A stretch of DNA of 64,000 nt from Paraphysomonas bandaiensis (taxonomy: Eukaryota > Protista > Chrysophyceae): positions 1 through 64,000 of the forward strand of contig CBFFRP010000141.1 of assembly GCA_965644295.1 (NCBI GenBank), read 5' to 3'. The translations under genes were made by a program, and so were the position numbers. Positions 50,515 to 60,771 of the stretch are shown here, in pieces. The notes under the pieces are model-generated. The model searched no databases, was not told where the DNA came from, and worked only from the letters and a program-made list of their open reading frames with translations. Positions within the stretch are counted from its first letter, which is position 1. Each line of letters starts with the position of its first letter.

Positions 50515-51795
50515 ATGGGAGCTGTCGCATCTATTGTTCCGGATGACGTATCGAAAGAAGAGCTCGGACGCCTGTCGGTGAAGTACGATGGAGATTCTAT
50601 TTTCAAACAGGACAAGGTGTACAAAAGTTTGAAAGACGGAGATAAAAGTGTAGATCGTGGAAGACTCTCTAGTATCTTCAAGGACAGCTGTGAAATTGAA
50701 GTTATGAGGCTTTACCTGTCTATTTGTGATGGCCACATGGACGAGAACAAGTTTCTTAAGCTCTGTCGTCACGCCAAGGTCCTGTCGAAGCATACATTTA
50801 CTCGAGGCGATGCATCTCGTGTATTCAAGCAATGTAGCAAAAGTGGATCCATTAATTACATCACCTTCCGGTTTAAATTGATTCCTATGGTATTGGAGAA
50901 GAAAAAGAAAGAGGAAAGGGAATTTATTGTGAAGCTCTCTCGTGTTGAACCCCCTGTTAAGCAGAAGAAATTACAAAAGAAAATCAGGGAACTAACAAGA
51001 GGGGTGAGTTCAATGAGTATTGACGATGCAGAGGAGATGCGTTTGGAGCAGGCTGCGATACGAATCCAGAAAATCCAGCGCTATACCCAGGCCCGTTGCG
51101 AATCCCTTCAACGTAAAGAGCTGCGGCGCATAGAGAGCACGCCTCCAGAAGAATTACTGGATCTGGTGGTACCAGCACCTCCTGACGAAGAAGAAACCGA
51201 GGGAGCTCATGCTACCGCTTGTCGACGACTCTTCGCGTCATATAGCACTTCGGGCGAGATGAACTGCTACGAGTTCGTCAAGTTTTGTTACGAAACTTTG
51301 CTAATACCGAAGGAGTCTGTAGTTGTCGACTTTACTTCTCGGCAAGCTAGACACTTATTTCACAAGACTGTGGCCACGTACTATGATTCTAAGATGGACT
51401 CATACAGGGAAGGCGTATTACACGGTAAACGAATTACGTATGCTGTGTTTCGGGGAGTGATACTTCCAGAGATTGCCTCAGTGAAAGGGAAGTCTATGGA
51501 AGAGATGGAGGAATACTTGGCGACTTGTCAGCCAGTTGAACGTCTAGATGATATTGAGGAAGGTATGGGGGTCATATCGCTCCAGGACCATGTGTTAAAT
51601 GAGTTTTCACCGGAGATGATACTTGCACACCCAATACCGAACAACTCTGAAATTTCGAACACATCTGGGGTTGGAGAAGGCGGCAATGAGGACTATTATA
51701 GCGAGCAGATAAATACACTGAACCTTAATTGTGGTATATTTTGTGCAGTATTTAGGCGATTTAATTGTTGTTTTAAAATTGTTTGCAGTAGTTGA
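50515..51795 (+). CDS. Uncharacterised protein with IQ motif between two degenerate EF-hand/p25-alpha-like modules; MG start (possible myristoylation)
   Basis: 426-aa ORF with AAIRIQKIQR, and MDENKFLKLCR and MNCYEFVKFCY segments. Confidence 0.65.
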   Translation: MGAVASIVPDDVSKEELGRLSVKYDGDSIFKQDKVYKSLKDGDKSVDRGRLSSIFKDSCEIEVMRLYLSICDGHMDENKFLKLCRHAKVLSKHTFTRGDASRVFKQCSKSGSINYITFRFKLIPMVLEKKKKEEREFIVKLSRVEPPVKQKKLQKKIRELTRGVSSMSIDDAEEMRLEQAAIRIQKIQRYTQARCESLQRKELRRIESTPPEELLDLVVPAPPDEEETEGAHATACRRLFASYSTSGEMNCYEFVKFCYETLLIPKESVVVDFTSRQARHLFHKTVATYYDSKMDSYREGVLHGKRITYAVFRGVILPEIASVKGKSMEEMEEYLATCQPVERLDDIEEGMGVISLQDHVLNEFSPEMILAHPIPNNSEISNTSGVGEGGNEDYYSEQINTLNLNCGIFCAVFRRFNCCFKIVCSS

Positions 51796-52366
51796 TATAG
51801 GCCCAGATTCGTTGTTGTTTGTTGGACCGATTATATAGATATTGTTTACTTCTGTATTGAAATGTATCTTAATAGAATATATCAACTCTTATTAAGAAGG
51901 TATACTGTGATTCACAGGCGTTAGCGGTTAAGTAGATCAAGCCAGCTACGAAGATAAATCGGAATTAAAATATACACGCTACTATTCCCTTGAGTCGACA
52001 ATATAGTTACGATAGCAACATAACAAAGTGCTAAGTATATATATGTATGTAGTAATAGTAAGCCAATATATACAAAAATGTATGTGGTACTGTCTTTAAC
52101 GAAATCGTAGCGGCGCGCGATGTGTTGTGAAGCACGAAAACAAGTAATATTGAGCACGACCACATGGTGTCGTTGAAATACTTTATAGATTCGACATAGC
52201 ATAGTTTAAAGTTGGGAATTTAGTGGAAAGCGATATGATCAATATAAAACCACGATTGAAGGCAATAACGGTAGCGACATTTAATCAAATAATTAATATA
52301 TACAATTGTAATCAAAATATATGCACATGCTATTACGACAGATGTCTGATCATGAATAAAATCAAA

Positions 52367-52717
52367 CTACTTCTGTGAATCATTCGCCGCACCAAATTTC
52401 GTTAGCTTAAAATTAGTTTTCCTGTTAGATGACCCCACATGCCTCACCCCGCTGCTGCTCTCACTGTTAGGGTCGGTATCCGCTGTATAAAAATGACAAG
52501 TACCAATACTGACTGCATGCTCACCGCGAAATGTAAACTCCTTTGAGTCTGATACTACCGTGCAAGTGGGATGCTTGTGCATGTAGTCACGTATCACTAT
52601 AGAGTCGGCTCTGTCCAGGAACCTCGCATCATCAAAATCCGTAAAGTCGACATAAACCATAACCTCTTCGAACTCATCATCATCGGCGACTACTTCTGAA
52701 TGAACAGACGACTGCAT
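52367..52717 (-). CDS. Probable TFIIIC subunit 6 (GTF3C6/Sfc7-like triple-barrel domain)
   Basis: Acidic start EEVMVYVDF, then P...F.GE....GT..F pattern in a 116-aa protein. Confidence 0.65.
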   Translation of the reverse strand: MQSSVHSEVVADDDEFEEVMVYVDFTDFDDARFLDRADSIVIRDYMHKHPTCTVVSDSKEFTFRGEHAVSIGTCHFYTADTDPNSESSSGVRHVGSSNRKTNFKLTKFGAANDSQK

Positions 52718-53170
52718 CACTCAGTTATGTCGAGAGTCTGCAGTGCTGAAGTTAAGAGCAGAGACACGCTCACTGTAGTCTGCTGTGTATAATTGCAGAA
52801 TAATATAATTTCACAGGACAAAATTGTATTTCCAGCAACAACAGGAATACACCGCATCATCACGCCTACGCAGAATTGCAATTTCCGATATTTTCCCGCT
52901 CTGTGTGCACGAACACCTGCAGCATACTGCTGCATACCATACCATGGAATGGTATGTACCGTATATGCGTACTCTGCTGTACGGCGTGTTCCATAGTATA
53001 GTGTATAGTGTATAGTGGAGCATGTCTAGCATGTTTGGTATAGTAAAGTGTAGCATAGGATAGAGAGCGTGGTCTATCGAACACAAGTCATGAATCACAT
53101 TCACCGTGTTTTCAGCGTGCGTAGAGTTGTTTAATGGGCCTCTCTCTCTCTCTCTCTGTCTGGTAGCGTG

Positions 53171-55386
53171 ATGTCTGACGATAATATACTGTACGTACAG
53201 CAGCGCCTCATACACCGCACTGATAACATACACGTTCATGCAGTTATGCCGCTCAGCAGCTGCTGGAGCAGAATGAAGATGTGGTTGCAGCTATAGTCGA
53301 GAACATGCAGCTGGGTCGTATGGAGGACAGCATCCATCACTTCTCTGTGCTGCATAAGAACTTAGTCTCCATGTCTCTCGCTTTAGATAACTTCCCCAGT
53401 GGAGGGCTCAAACCATACGAAGAGATTGGAAAGTTTCCTGATGAAATAATGAGAAAAGATATACTGGATGAGTTCAGACCGCTTGGTATAACACTCTACA
53501 TGCAACACTATCACTGATGTAATCTTAATGGCCACTTGTTTATAGGACAGACTCCGTTACCAACACCCCCACTTGTCCCTCCATGCGCTCCGTGTGCTGA
53601 ACAGAATGTGTGTCTGCTTAGACTGTTTTTATAATATCTGACTGTCATATTGCAGTATTCAGCCCACACTTGCCGTATTGAATTAGGCCACGTGGAACCG
53701 AGCTCGACTTTCACAGTGATGGAGTGCCAAGAGTTTCTCAAAGTAAGTCAGCTCTTGGAAATGCGTATGCGGCCACCTAAACAGGATGATGCGGTCGGAT
53801 CTACGTCTGGAGGAGGTATGAAACAGTTAGCAGGTTGTGCAGCAGCAAGTACGAAGGCGGAAACCTCATCAGGGGTAAATCAGTTTGGAGACCACAAACG
53901 AGAGATGGAATTTAAACTCTCAAGTGCTGCACTAGGAAGACCGACCAAGCGAAACTATCGTATGTGGACCCCCAGCGAACGCTATACTATTCTCCTAGGT
54001 ATTGCTACGTATGGTGGTACGAAAGGGCCCAATATGGGTAAAATCAAAAATCTGTTGCATAATCGCAGTGAATGCCAGGTAGACTTATTGGTGTCGCTGA
54101 CCTTTTTCTGACCCACCATCTTGTAGCTTCGAAGTTATATATCTAAAAATATCTCTTCTCGTGACATGGCGGCAGCATTGAAAGGAGATCTGCCCCCCGC
54201 TCCTGCTAACTACATTTTACCGAAAGCCCTCGCAAACGAGGCGTCGTCACTCTGTGCTTCTCACCGCGTACCCACGTTTGATGATGGCATGCCTTCATCA
54301 GCGACTCCAGCGACTTCGCAATTGGAGCCCAAGCATGGTAGAGGGAATTGGACTAGACTCATTGGGCTTGTGGAGGGTCAGGTAGAATGTTACCCTGTTG
54401 GTATAATGGCGTTAATTGTCCCTGTTATTCTCGTATAAAAGGACATCATTGATTCTCCGTGGACCCCACCGTATTCATCTCATAATCCCGCCTCTGAGCC
54501 ATCATCCAATGGGGCCTCTACTTGCACTCAATCCCAGATTGCTGTGTCCAACCCAACAAGTATTTCTCCCCAACCCTCAAGTCCACATGGGCTCGGTAGT
54601 TTCCCGGCTGGTGATGTGGTGAATTTGGTGGACATGTCAGTTCCCAGTTGCTCAATACGACTTCCATCAATCCTATCAATGGCTGCTCTGCCCCCACCTG
54701 CTGTATTTGGCTCGGATATTTTGCGTGCAGTGGATCCTGTGACATCGAAGTCAAAGAGGGGCCGCAAAAAGGGTACTTCCGCTGGAAGGTCGTCAGCACA
54801 TGGAAAGGACAGCGAGCCTCAAGGTGACAGCTCCCAACCTACGGGTAAGGGAAAGAAGAGGACCAGTCGAGGACGTGCTACTGCTAAGAATCAGGACGGA
54901 GTAAAAAAGAAAAGCAAGAACACCACAAGTGATGTTGACTGTGTACCTGATAATAATAGCACGTTCTTTTCCCATGCTGGTCCTTATCATGATATGTCTG
55001 GCGAAGTGGGAAGCAGAAAGGAAATCGGCTTTGATTCACTATCCCAGATGTCTTTGGACTGGGGCATTTATTGTCCTGTGGAAAAGGAGAAGTGGAGCAT
55101 GTCTGAAGAAGGGAGTAATCATGGAATTTTAAGAATTCCAACCTCAAAGCAGCAACAGCGGAAAAAGCAGTCACATATTGGGTCAACTGATTGTCAGGTA
55201 TCACAAGGGGTCGAGAACCCTGATAGTCAACATAGCGAAAGTAGTGTTCGATTGTCTGGTTTTTTTTCAAATAGCGATAGTCATTCCCCACCCGGCACAG
55301 AGGACAGCATCACTGGGCCCCTCAATCAAAGCATTCATGGCGATCATAGTTTATTGTTGTTAGATGGTGAGTTTTCGGCGATGTGA
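53171..55386 (+). CDS. SSXT (SS18/GIF-like) domain + C3H zinc-finger-like motif + Myb/SANT-like domain + disordered tail; multi-exon
   Basis: Spliced MSDDNILYAAQQLLEQNEDVVAAIVENMQLGRMEDS..LHKNLVSM; CAPC..C.....H; RMWTPSERYTILLGIATYG..NRS..Q|LRSY; KRGRKKG. Confidence 0.68.
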
Positions 55387-55617
55387 ATAAATTAAGTGCA
55401 AGTTCGTCAAGATATTACGTTTATGTGTGGAAATGTAAGATAATGGATGATGATTTTTTGTTTAGATGAAGTATGTATATTAAATTGCGTAATAAGGTGT
55501 ATAAGTATTGAAATGTGTGAAATAGTGCTACAAATGAAGTAACTATTACTACTACCAAAGGAAAGCTTGAATTTGGGTGCTTGGGAAGTGTGAACATCCA
55601 TTAATTAGAGCACACAG

Positions 55618-55840
55618 CAGGGCTGCGTATCAATTAATGTAGTACTTGCTGTCTCAATTTCTGCAATTGCAGAACACTTGCTCCGTCGACGGGTATGCAA
55701 CAGGGCTGCGTAACAATTAATTGCAATTAAATTGCAAATGTTTTTATGCAGTTATTAGCATTAGCTTGCGCAATTATAATATTGCAATTTAATTGTGCCA
55801 ATTATTGTCTAATTACTAACTTAGTTACTCGTTACAAGCA
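55618..55840. repeat. Two CAGGGCTGCGTA-terminated MITE-like fragments
   Basis: Same terminal sequence as 38413, followed by caatt/aattg-rich DNA. Confidence 0.5.
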
Positions 55841-56037
55841 CGTATATAGCATCTTCAACCGTACTTGCATCCTACTAAAGCGCAAGAACATAAGAGCCTC
55901 TAATCGATGAGGTGCCATAGATTAGCACAGATCACTCATGTTAATTTTAGGACAAACGGTGGTCGTATAACCCCGACATTTCAGCTAGCCTCGCCACAGT
56001 CATCAGTCATCACTCTTATGATCGTTTACCTCTTTTT

Positions 56038-57085
56038 TCCCTCAACAAAGCTGGACTCGCACCTTTCGTGTGTTCTGGGGATTAGTGCCGGAGATATTTC
56101 TCCGAGAAACTAACTTGAGTCGTATATATAATATATAGTCAGCAGTTATTATTGTTTTGCCCACGCATAGCTAAATGCTATTGTGGTACATGGTACAAGG
56201 TACAAGGGACACTAATAAGTATCACTTGTGTAGACATCTTTGGGTCTTGACGAATAAACAGGCGTCCAGGAATGGGCCCACCTAAAGGGCATCCGGGGTA
56301 TTGTGCCGCCTGCTATATAGGGGTCTCAGACACCACAACGCAGACAACACCAGTAACACCGGTAACGACACCGGCACACTCACAGCAACGCCAGTCCCAG
56401 GATACTCAACCGACACCAAAAGTACTCCAGCTACTCCAGGTGACATCCACCCCTAGAATTCTATCCTCCACACGAGTCCGAACCCGACAGAGAGGCAAGC
56501 GCAACCACTCCGGAAACAACTCCTCCTTACTTGTAGCCGCAACCTCTCCTCGACAACCAGCACCATCTCCACCACCGACTTACACTCACATCTATATCTT
56601 GCCCCATCCACTTCTCACTTAACCCATGGCACAGGCCCGCCAGACATATTGCCCAAAGGTAGACCCCCGACTAACCTCACTACAAGCGACGATTGCACCA
56701 TGGTGCTCGCAGCGATGCACAAGTAGTCCCGAGACGGTTGCCCGCCACTAGTACTATATATCAAGCACAGTTATTAGTTTTAGTCTATAGCTGTAAAAAC
56801 CTAGTTTCAGCACACGACCGCTCTAATGTAATAATCAGACATTCTTATATGTGCTGCCTGCTGAGCAAAGTCAAGCAACCGGGAACGAGCTCACCTCAAG
56901 GTCACTCGGGGTATTGGGCTGCCTACTGAAGTCAAGCATCCAGGCTGTTCACCTCTTAAGGCCAGAGAGCTAAAGTGGCTGCACCTTGGTGCTTGCGGTG
57001 ACGCACAAGTAGCTTTCGTAGCGCCAAATAGTAGGATGTCAGAGTTAAGCACTATAGATAGTTAACTTCTTCTGCTACTAAGTCG
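56038..57085 (+). mobile_element. Family A element interrupted by a nested LINE fragment
   Basis: Colinear with 43164-43600 on both sides of the insertion. Carries an extra copy of the internal ~65-nt unit. Confidence 0.8.
56315..56849 (+). mobile_element. 5'-truncated LINE-like 3' fragment (535 bp) with 13-bp TSD
   Basis: Homologous to the reverse complement of 62311-62840. Flanked by tgtgc(c/t)gcctgct at 56302-56314 and 56850-56862. The uninterrupted site is visible in the 43.4-kb paralog. Confidence 0.82.
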
Positions 57086-57312
57086 AGGTAATACCAAAAC
57101 CTGGTAAAGCAATTTCACCAGGTTTCATATATAAGTATTGAGTTATTATTTTACTGTAATTTGCATCTGCGAGGTTAAAGATAAAGAAAAAGTCGCAAGT
57201 ATAGTTGTTATTAGCAGTATTTATTGCGTTAAAAGTCGGCCCTGCTATTATTACTTGTGTTTTGTAATATCATATTCTCATATAGCTACATCTGCTTCGC
57301 TTGAGACTGCAA
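57080..57312 (+). repeat. Module B repeat
   Basis: Matches 2070-2302 (reverse) and, partially, 63900-63955. Confidence 0.75.
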
Positions 57313-57482
57313 ACGCTCCAACCGAATAGCCTGATTTCGGATACATTGCATACGCATATAGCTATCTTTACCACTACTACTTACAGTAGTATTAGTACCT
57401 ATGCTCGGAAACGACGCGGCAACAGCCGCTGGGGGCACATTGCTAGTAGGTGGAGGATCATAAGCAGGTGAAGGATCATAAG

Positions 57483-58100
57483 CAGTTAGTACAGTGTATA
57501 GTAACAACGCACAACAATAATCAGAACAATACCGCATATATACGACATACGACCCCGTCACCATCTTTATGAACAGTATTACTTACCCTGCTCGTGCGCT
57601 TTCGTGGTATCTCTTCCTCCGCCTCCGGGTCGTCGTTGGATATGTCGCCACGAATGTTGACAACATTCTTCTTCCCGTTGCACTTCTCCTACACCATCAT
57701 ATATACACAGTTAGTGCAGTGTATAGTAACAACGCACAACAATAATCAGAACAATACCGCATATATACGACATACGACCCCGTCACCATCTTTATGAACA
57801 GTATTACTTACCCTGCTCGTGCGCTTTCGTGGTATCTCTTCCTCCGCCTCCGGGTCGTCGTTGGATATGTCGCCACGAATGTTGACAACATTCTTCTTCC
57901 CGTTGCACTTCTCCTACACCATCATATATACACAGTTAGTGCAGTGTATAGTAACAACGCACAACAATAATCAGAACAATACCGCATATATACGACATAC
58001 GACCCCATCACCATCTTTATGAACAGTATTACTTACCCTGCTCGTGCACTTTCGTGGTATCTCTTCCTCCGCCTCCGGGTCGTCGTTGGATATGTCGCCA
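57483..58100. repeat. 225-bp tandem repeat, ~2.7 near-identical copies
   Basis: Units start at 57483, 57708 and 57933. Identical ORF translations are 225 nt apart. Confidence 0.92.
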
Positions 58101-58105
58101 TGTCG

Positions 58106-58952
58106 TCTGAGAGTGGTATCAGCTCTGCAGCAATCTGATGTATGTGTATGTGTGTGTCTGTCTGTCTGTCTGCTCAGGAGGTGTGATCCACACAACAATG
58201 AACACCTCATCCGATAAACCACACCTCCTGAGCACTCCTCACTGTCATCAACAATGTCACAATCTAAGCACCAGAAGATACTAACTCAGAAGATACATGC
58301 ATCACTCTATATGTATGTATGTGTATGGTGTGTTAAGTTATGCATATATATATATTATGGTCATGATGTGCGTGTTGTAGTCACTGCTCGTGCAGTGTGG
58401 TTGCGGTGTAGTATGATGGGTTCAAGGTTCAGGTGGGCTCAAAGCAGGGGGAATAGGAAGTGTTCTAACGTGCACAATCAAACGATGTTATAATGTTTCG
58501 TCTGCTTGTACTTGTTGGACCTCTCTACACGAGTCCACTCTCCTCAATCCACTGTATGAGGCTCTGTGCTACAGCCTCGTGACCAAACACTGTCATGAAG
58601 ACCTTCCTGGAAGGCAGTTATAAGCCTGCAACTCTGAACCACATAGTAAGAAGTGTTATCTGAGAGTGGTATCAGCTCTGCGGCATTCGGAGGTGTGTGT
58701 ATGTGTGTGTCTGTCTGTGTGCTCAGGAGGTGTGATCCACACAACAATGAACACCTCATCCGATAAACCACACCTCCTGAGCACTCCTCACTGTCATCAA
58801 CAATGTCACCATCTAAGCACCAGAAGATACTGACTCAGAAGATCCATCCCTCTATATGTGTGCGTGTGTGTGTGTGTTAAGTTATGCATATGTATTATGG
58901 TCAAGATGTGCGTGTTGTAGTCACTGCTCGTGCAGTGTGGTTGCGGCGTAGT
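58106..58952. repeat. Local ~300-bp direct duplication (58106-58412 and 58659-58952)
   Basis: tctgagagtggtatcagctctgc...gtgcagtgtggttgcgg occurs twice. Differences are concentrated in TG microsatellites. Confidence 0.88.
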
Positions 58953-59316
58953 GTATGCACACCGCGTCCTCACCACACACTCATGACGCGTGTTCGATGC
59001 TCTCGTGGGGTGTTTTTGGTCAAATTCAAATTTTTTTTGTACGTGTTTTTCTATATGTTATGCTGCGCCGTGCTCGATCCGAGCGCACATGCATGTCTAG
59101 AAGTGTCCGGTGCGAGGAACATATTTTGAAATGCACTTCACTTCATCTCCATGTGCAGTTAGTTTCTATCACATCAACACCACATTAATAGTAGCATGTG
59201 ATGTGATTAATAGCAGCATGTGATGTGATGTGATGTCATCTGGGACACACAAAAAGGTACGACGACACGAACCTGTCCGCCATAAATGTCTGTTATGCTT
59301 GATTACATGTACGTAC

Positions 59317-60587
59317 GTATATATAATGGTTGCGGAAGGAAACCTGTGACTTCAACTCGCCTCAATAGCGGTGGCGACTGCTATTGGGACAGTGTCGTCA
59401 TGAAAAGATGTGACCTTCCCAACCTTCATATGTTATACTTGTTTGTTCGGTCACCTGTGATATCCACTCGTGTCAGTAGCGGTGGCGACTGCTATTGGCG
59501 CAGGGTTGTCATGAAAAGATGTCGACAGAACTTACTTGTATGTTATACTGTATATATAATGGTTGCGGAAGGAAACCTGTGACTTCAACTCGCCTCAATA
59601 GCGGTGGCGACTGCTATTGGGACAGTGTCGTCATGAAAAGATGTGACCTTCCCAACCTTCATATGTTATACTTGTTTGTTCGGTCACCTGTGATATCCAC
59701 TCGTGTCAGTAGCGGTGGCGACTGCTATTGGCGCAGGGTTGTCATGAAAAGATGTCGACAGAACTTACTTGTATGTTATACTGTATATATAATGGTTGCG
59801 GAAGGAAACCTGTGACTTCAACTCGCCTCAATAGCGGTGGCGACTGCTATTGGGACAGTGTCGTCATGAAAAGATGTGACCTTCCCAACCTTCATATGTT
59901 ATACTTGTTTGTTCGGTCACCTGTGATATCCACTCGTGTCAGTAGCGGTGGCGACTGCTATTGGCGCAGGGTTGTCATGAAAAGATGTCGACAGAACTTA
60001 CTTGTATGTTATACTGTATATATAATGGTTGCGGAAGGAAACCTGTGACTTCAACTCGCCTCAATAGCGGTGGCGACTGCTATTGGGACAGTGTCGTCAT
60101 GAAAAGATGTGACCTTCCCAACCTTCATATGTTATACTTGTTTGTTCGGTCACCTGTGATATCCACTCGTGTCAGTAGCGGTGGCGACTGCTATTGGCGC
60201 AGGGTTGTCATGAAAAGATGTCGACAGAACTTACTTGTATGTTATACTGTATATATAATGGTTGCGGAAGGAAACCTGTGACTTCAACTCGCCTCAATAG
60301 CGGTGGCGACTGCTATTGGGACAGTGTCGTCATGAAAAGATGTGACCTTCCCAACCTTCATATGTTATACTTGTTTGTTCGGTCACCTGTGATATCCACT
60401 CGTGTCAGTAGCGGTGGCGACTGCTATTGGCGCAGGGTTGTCATGAAAAGATGTCGACAGAACTTACTTGTATGTTATACTGTATATATAATGGTTGCGG
60501 AAGGAAACCTGTGACTTCAACTCGCCTCAATAGCGGTGGCGACTGCTATTGGGACAGTGTTGTCATGAAAAGATGTGACCTTCCCAA
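59317..60587 (+). repeat. 233-bp tandem array (~5.5 units), each unit a dimer of related hairpin subunits
   Basis: Exact 233-nt period (59317, 59550, 59783, 60016, 60249, 60482). The core tagcggtggcgactgctattgg occurs 11 times. Confidence 0.95.
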
Positions 60588-60771
60588 TCTGCACGTGTTG
60601 CATCCGTGTATTCTGTGCCCATGGTCTTTTGCTTGCAGTAAAATACATATCTATTATAAATATACATTAACTATTGAAATATATTGTACAGATATATTTA
60701 CTATTAGCATGAAAGAACCAGTGCCATGTTGAAGACCTTTATGTCCGCCTGCTGCATGCATTATGTGGTAA

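Noticed and set aside
59340-59425. Hammerhead ribozyme (CUG-UGA ... GAAA)
   Set aside because: The core lacks A6 of CUGANGA, and no stem I can form next to it.
59317-60587. CRISPR array
   Set aside because: The sequences between the palindromic cores are two alternating identical sequences, not unique spacers. There are no cas genes and the context is eukaryotic.
59286-60732. Repeated ~106-aa ORFs
   Set aside because: Translations of the 233-bp repeat, whose period is not a multiple of 3; no protein motif.
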